Assembly (NCBI RefSeq): GCF_011745625.1
Contig: NW_027191489.1
Location: 124,001 to 188,000 of the forward strand
Direction of reading: 5' to 3'
DNA from: Cladosporium halotolerans
Lineage: Eukaryota
Length of the DNA: 64,000 nt
Notes under the pieces: generated by a model
What the model saw: the letters and a program-made list of their open reading frames with translations, nothing else
What the model was told of the DNA's origin: nothing
Database searches by the model: none
In this document: one piece after another, positions 60,456 through 64,000 of the stretch
Position numbering within the stretch: the first letter of the stretch is position 1
Layout: every line of letters starts with the position of its first letter
Translations under genes and position numbers: made by a program

Positions 60456-62040
60456 ATGAAGTCAATGCAGAGGCGTTTCGGCGCCTTCAGCAAGAGATCT
60501 GATGATCAGGCAGACGTTGGCGCCATTTTGGCCGACTTCAAGGCCACGGACGACATGATCGATCGTGTGAGTGGCCGTTCTTCTGCTATGCCATCCGCGA
60601 TGCTTGGCTGACCTTCAATAGCTCGTCAGAGACCTCAAGGCGTGGAAAGAAGGCTGGGAAGACATCCTCAAAGGCCAATTCGAGGCAGTCGAGGCTTTCG
60701 CCAACTTGTACAAGCCCGTTGAGCCCATTGACCACGAGCAGCCTCACCGACCGGTGCCGACGCCCAAGCGCTACATGGACAAGTGCCATGCGCTGCAAAA
60801 GATATATGCCGAGCTCGCCAAAGACCTGCAACAGGAGATCGACATGGTGCAGAACAAGCTGGTCAATCCCGCAGAGCAAGCGAAGGCGCATCTAAAGCCT
60901 CTGAAGAAAACGCTGAAGCACCGCGAGAACACAAAGTTGGACTACGAGAGGTACCTCAGCAGGACAGAACATGCGCAGAAGAAGCAGACGCGCAGCATGA
61001 AGGAGGAGGCTGCTCTGGCCAAACACGAGTCTGATCTCGCGCAGGCGCTTATCGACTACCAGAGCGCAGACGACCAGATCAAAGAGACCTTCCCGCCAAT
61101 CGCCGCAGCAGTCAAAGCCCTCCTTCCTGCGATCATGGCTCTTCAAATCAGAATCCAGACCACTCTGGTAGGCCAATACTACACCATCCTGGACCAGTAC
61201 ACCAAGCAACACGGTCTCCCCAACCCAGCCCCAGGCAACGCCGAAATTATAAGCACACACGAGCAAGAATTCACCGGCCTCCGCCGCGAACTCGAAGAAG
61301 GCATCGTGACCATCGCCAAAGGCAAAGCCGTCACAATGCCCATGTCGCTCCCCGACAAAGACACCAGCACCATAACCGGCTACGGCATCCGCAACAAAAT
61401 CTACCGCAAGAAGAGCGCGCAAGCCCTCAACCCCGCCCGGCCCGCCATCGCCGGCGCCCAGCAGGAGGACTCGTCCAACAACTCCCCGCTCGCCCTCAAA
61501 GCCACCCCCGAACACCCCTCCTACGGCAACGACTACGAAGAACCCGCGCCCACCCAACCTCCCCGCCCCGGCACAACGCCCTCCCCCTACGGCATGCCCT
61601 CCCCAGCAATCCCCACAGCCTCCAAACCCCGCATCCCCTCCACGTCCTCCGCGTCCGCAAACCCACCCCCATACTCCGAAAAACCATCCCCCTCCCCCAT
61701 GGTCCCCTCCTACTCCAACGCCGGCACGCCCAACACCACATCCGCCTACGCAACCCCCTCCTCCACCTCCGGGGGCGCAGATTACTTCTCCGCGGCCGCA
61801 GCAAAGAAGAAGAAACCCCCGCCCCCCGTCCCGGCGAAGCGCGCGCACAGCTCTCAGGCCGCGCAGTACGTCACGGCGCTGTACGATTTCGAGGGCCAGG
61901 CGGAGGGGGACCTGGCGTTCCGGGAGGGCGATCGGATCCGCATTGTGAGGCGGACGGAGAGCGTGGATGATTGGTGGGAGGGGGAGGGGGGCGGGGGCGT
62001 GAGGGGGAGTTTTCCGGCGAATTATGTCAGGTTGGGGTGA
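60456..62040 (+). CDS. BAR domain + SH3 protein (amphiphysin/Rvs167-like architecture)
   Basis: Intron 60567-60621. Helical BAR-like region (KHRENTKLDYERY), Pro-rich linker, SH3 ALYDFEG..GDLAFREGD..DDWWEG..GSFPANYV. Confidence 0.88.
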
Positions 62041-62953
62041 GGTGTTGATAGGTAGGTGATTAGGGTCGAGGGGAGGGTGGGATATGTGCGAGGGAGAGTT
62101 TGAGGTGGATGGAAGGGTTAGAAGATGAGGGGTGGTGGCAGGGCAGTGGGCATTTGTTGAGAATCAATGGATCGAGGCATGTATCAACGGTGGCGTTGAA
62201 TGTGTTACCGCGGAATTGATTGACTCTCGTGGCGTCTTCCGATACTTTCTAATTTGGTGATTGTCGTGAAACTTGATGGCTGATCATCAGCCTGCCTGAC
62301 CTCGACGGTTTTCAGCTAAGAATCCGAACGATGCTTAAGTGTAGAGGCTTGACGAAATATAGCTTTTAGAAGTATCTCCAATCATTATTACTTCCACGGC
62401 GTTCCTCTGCGGTGCGCAATCGGTGGGTAGTTCGAGCCAAAGTCTTCCTTCCGGTACTCACATGCCCCACCAAAGCAGTCTGGCACTCGGTAGAACCGCC
62501 ACGACCGCATCGTTTACCAAACCTGCATACAAACTGCTGCGAATGCCCAAAAGCAACCAATCAACAGCCCCCACACCCCAGCGGCCGCTAACGGCCGCCT
62601 GCATTCATCATGCAAGTGTTCATCCAGATATGCCTGCGGGACTCCCGCCAGCCAGTCGCTGGCCGATCGCCTTCACTTGTCGAAGCGCCCGGGCCCTCCC
62701 GCTGCAGCTCGTGTGCAGGTCGGCGCTTAGACGTCACACCAATCAACTTCGATATACACGCATATGCCCGTCTTCCTAGACGTGCTTGCCAGGCCGATGG
62801 CTGCTTTCACTGGCTGGCTGGTTTGTAGAGGGGATGGCGCGACGAGTAGTACTTTACCACTGATGAGGTGGAGAGCGGTAGGTCTTCGTAGGTTTCTGTT
62901 CCTTCTTCCAGGCTCTGTTCTGTAATGCGCATTCAGACCGGAGTCACAACACG

Positions 62954-64000
62954 ATGGCGAGAAGTACACGGATACAATTCAGCAACACGGCCCTGGTTCT
63001 ACTATCCCTCACCTCTCTCAGCACCGCAAGCCTCTGGACCGTCGACATCGACCTAGGCCCTGCGCCCCTCCCCGAAGATGGCCCTCCGTTCTCCGCGCAC
63101 GCCTCGCGCGACAAATCCCTCCTCCCCTTCCAAGTCGCCGGCATCGTAGGAAGCTACTTCGGGACCATCCTGATCCTCGGCGTCCTTCTCTTGACCGTAG
63201 GCCGCTCGCGCAGGAAACAGGCTCTGGACCGCGCGGCGGATACGAAGGGCACGGAGATGGTGAAGCCGATGAGCAGGGCGTTCGATCCCAGCCCCGTCAG
63301 TCCTGTGAGCAGTCGCAGCTGGTACTCGCCGCGGAAGCTGAAGCCGAAGAAGAGCTCGGCTAGCAGTATTCGCAGTGGCGGGTTGAGCAATCCCGTCTCG
63401 CCGGCGGGCGTGAGTGTTGTCAGCTTTGATGCTGCAGTAGTGGAGGCGGATAGGCTGAAGCGGCAGGAGGAGATGGAGCGCTTGTATGCGGCTGTCATGG
63501 CGCAGGACGATCGTAGGTCGCTTGCGAAGGCTGCTAGTCCGCTTCTTGGTGCGGCGGACACGCCTCCGCCTCCTGGGTCACCGCCGGAGTATTCCAGGAA
63601 GAAGCCGCCGCCGAGGTTGATCACGAACGCCCCCAATCTGAGGCATTTGCAGCCGGGCCAGGCGCAGTATCCGACAACTCCTAGCAGTCCGTCCACGCCC
63701 AAGTCGCCTATCCGCGCTATCTATCCTCCTGATGGCCCCATGCCGCCTATTCCCACAGGCCCGACAAGCCCTCTCCGCGCTGAGTATCCGTCCAGCAGCA
63801 TGGCCCCAGCATATCACCCGCATCACAACTACGCCTCCAACCACCGTGACCGCTCCGCCTCCGATAGCAGCCAACGCTCCTCTCGAAAATTCCGCAAATC
63901 TCTCAAGCACATCAAAATCAGCTCCCCCATAATCCCAACCTCAGACAACAGCGACGGCGCCCGCACACCCCTCTCGCCCCGCTTCTACGCCAACCCCGGC
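62954..64000 (+). CDS. Hypothetical single-pass membrane protein, 3'-truncated by the window edge (absent from the ORF track)
   Basis: Open frame MARSTRIQFSNTALVLLSLTSLSTA..GPAPLPEDGPPFSAHASRDKSLLPFQVAGIVGSYFGTILILGVLLLTVGRSRRK, then an S/P-rich tail with no stop seen. Confidence 0.78.
   Translation, partial: MARSTRIQFSNTALVLLSLTSLSTASLWTVDIDLGPAPLPEDGPPFSAHASRDKSLLPFQVAGIVGSYFGTILILGVLLLTVGRSRRKQALDRAADTKGTEMVKPMSRAFDPSPVSPVSSRSWYSPRKLKPKKSSASSIRSGGLSNPVSPAGVSVVSFDAAVVEADRLKRQEEMERLYAAVMAQDDRRSLAKAASPLLGAADTPPPPGSPPEYSRKKPPPRLITNAPNLRHLQPGQAQYPTTPSSPSTPKSPIRAIYPPDGPMPPIPTGPTSPLRAEYPSSSMAPAYHPHHNYASNHRDRSASDSSQRSSRKFRKSLKHIKISSPIIPTSDNSDGARTPLSPRFYANPG

Noticed and set aside
1..64000. Transposons or RIP-mutated repeats
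   Set aside because: No transposase/RT motifs, LTRs, TIRs or long TpA-rich blocks seen.

Overview
Gene-dense eukaryotic DNA from a filamentous ascomycete: short GT-AG introns with CTRAC branch points, Zn2Cys6-type regulators, and several 'F-x-D-L-P-x-E-I-R-N-x-I-Y' family genes. A Dothideomycete source is my inference. I can model about 26 protein-coding genes. Conserved ones include peroxisomal thiolase, secreted L-asparaginase, TFIIH Tfb1, Ccp2 peroxidase, AlaX editing protein, a catalytically intact Argonaute, Fmc1, an EngB/Mrx8 GTPase, a Ppn2-like phosphoesterase, Cwc24, ApsA/Num1 and a BAR-SH3 protein. Three things stand out. (1) At 1-8.4 kb there is a putative four-gene nitrogen-heterocycle (cyclic ureide) catabolic cluster: a UaY/Ppr1-like regulator, a PuuE-type CE4 hydrolase, an MFS transporter and a malonamidase-E2-like amidase. 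Both visible promoters carry the same CATCGG-N11-CCGA site. (2) At 42.7-47.3 kb there is an accessory-looking block (APH-like kinase, DUF7770-like gene, divergent class III sirtuin) that ends in a 26-bp palindrome joined to a truncated dehydrogenase remnant. (3) C-rich to G-rich strand-skew flips recur regardless of gene orientation. I found no rRNA, tRNA, CRISPR array or intact transposon. All family names come from motif recognition, not database searches.
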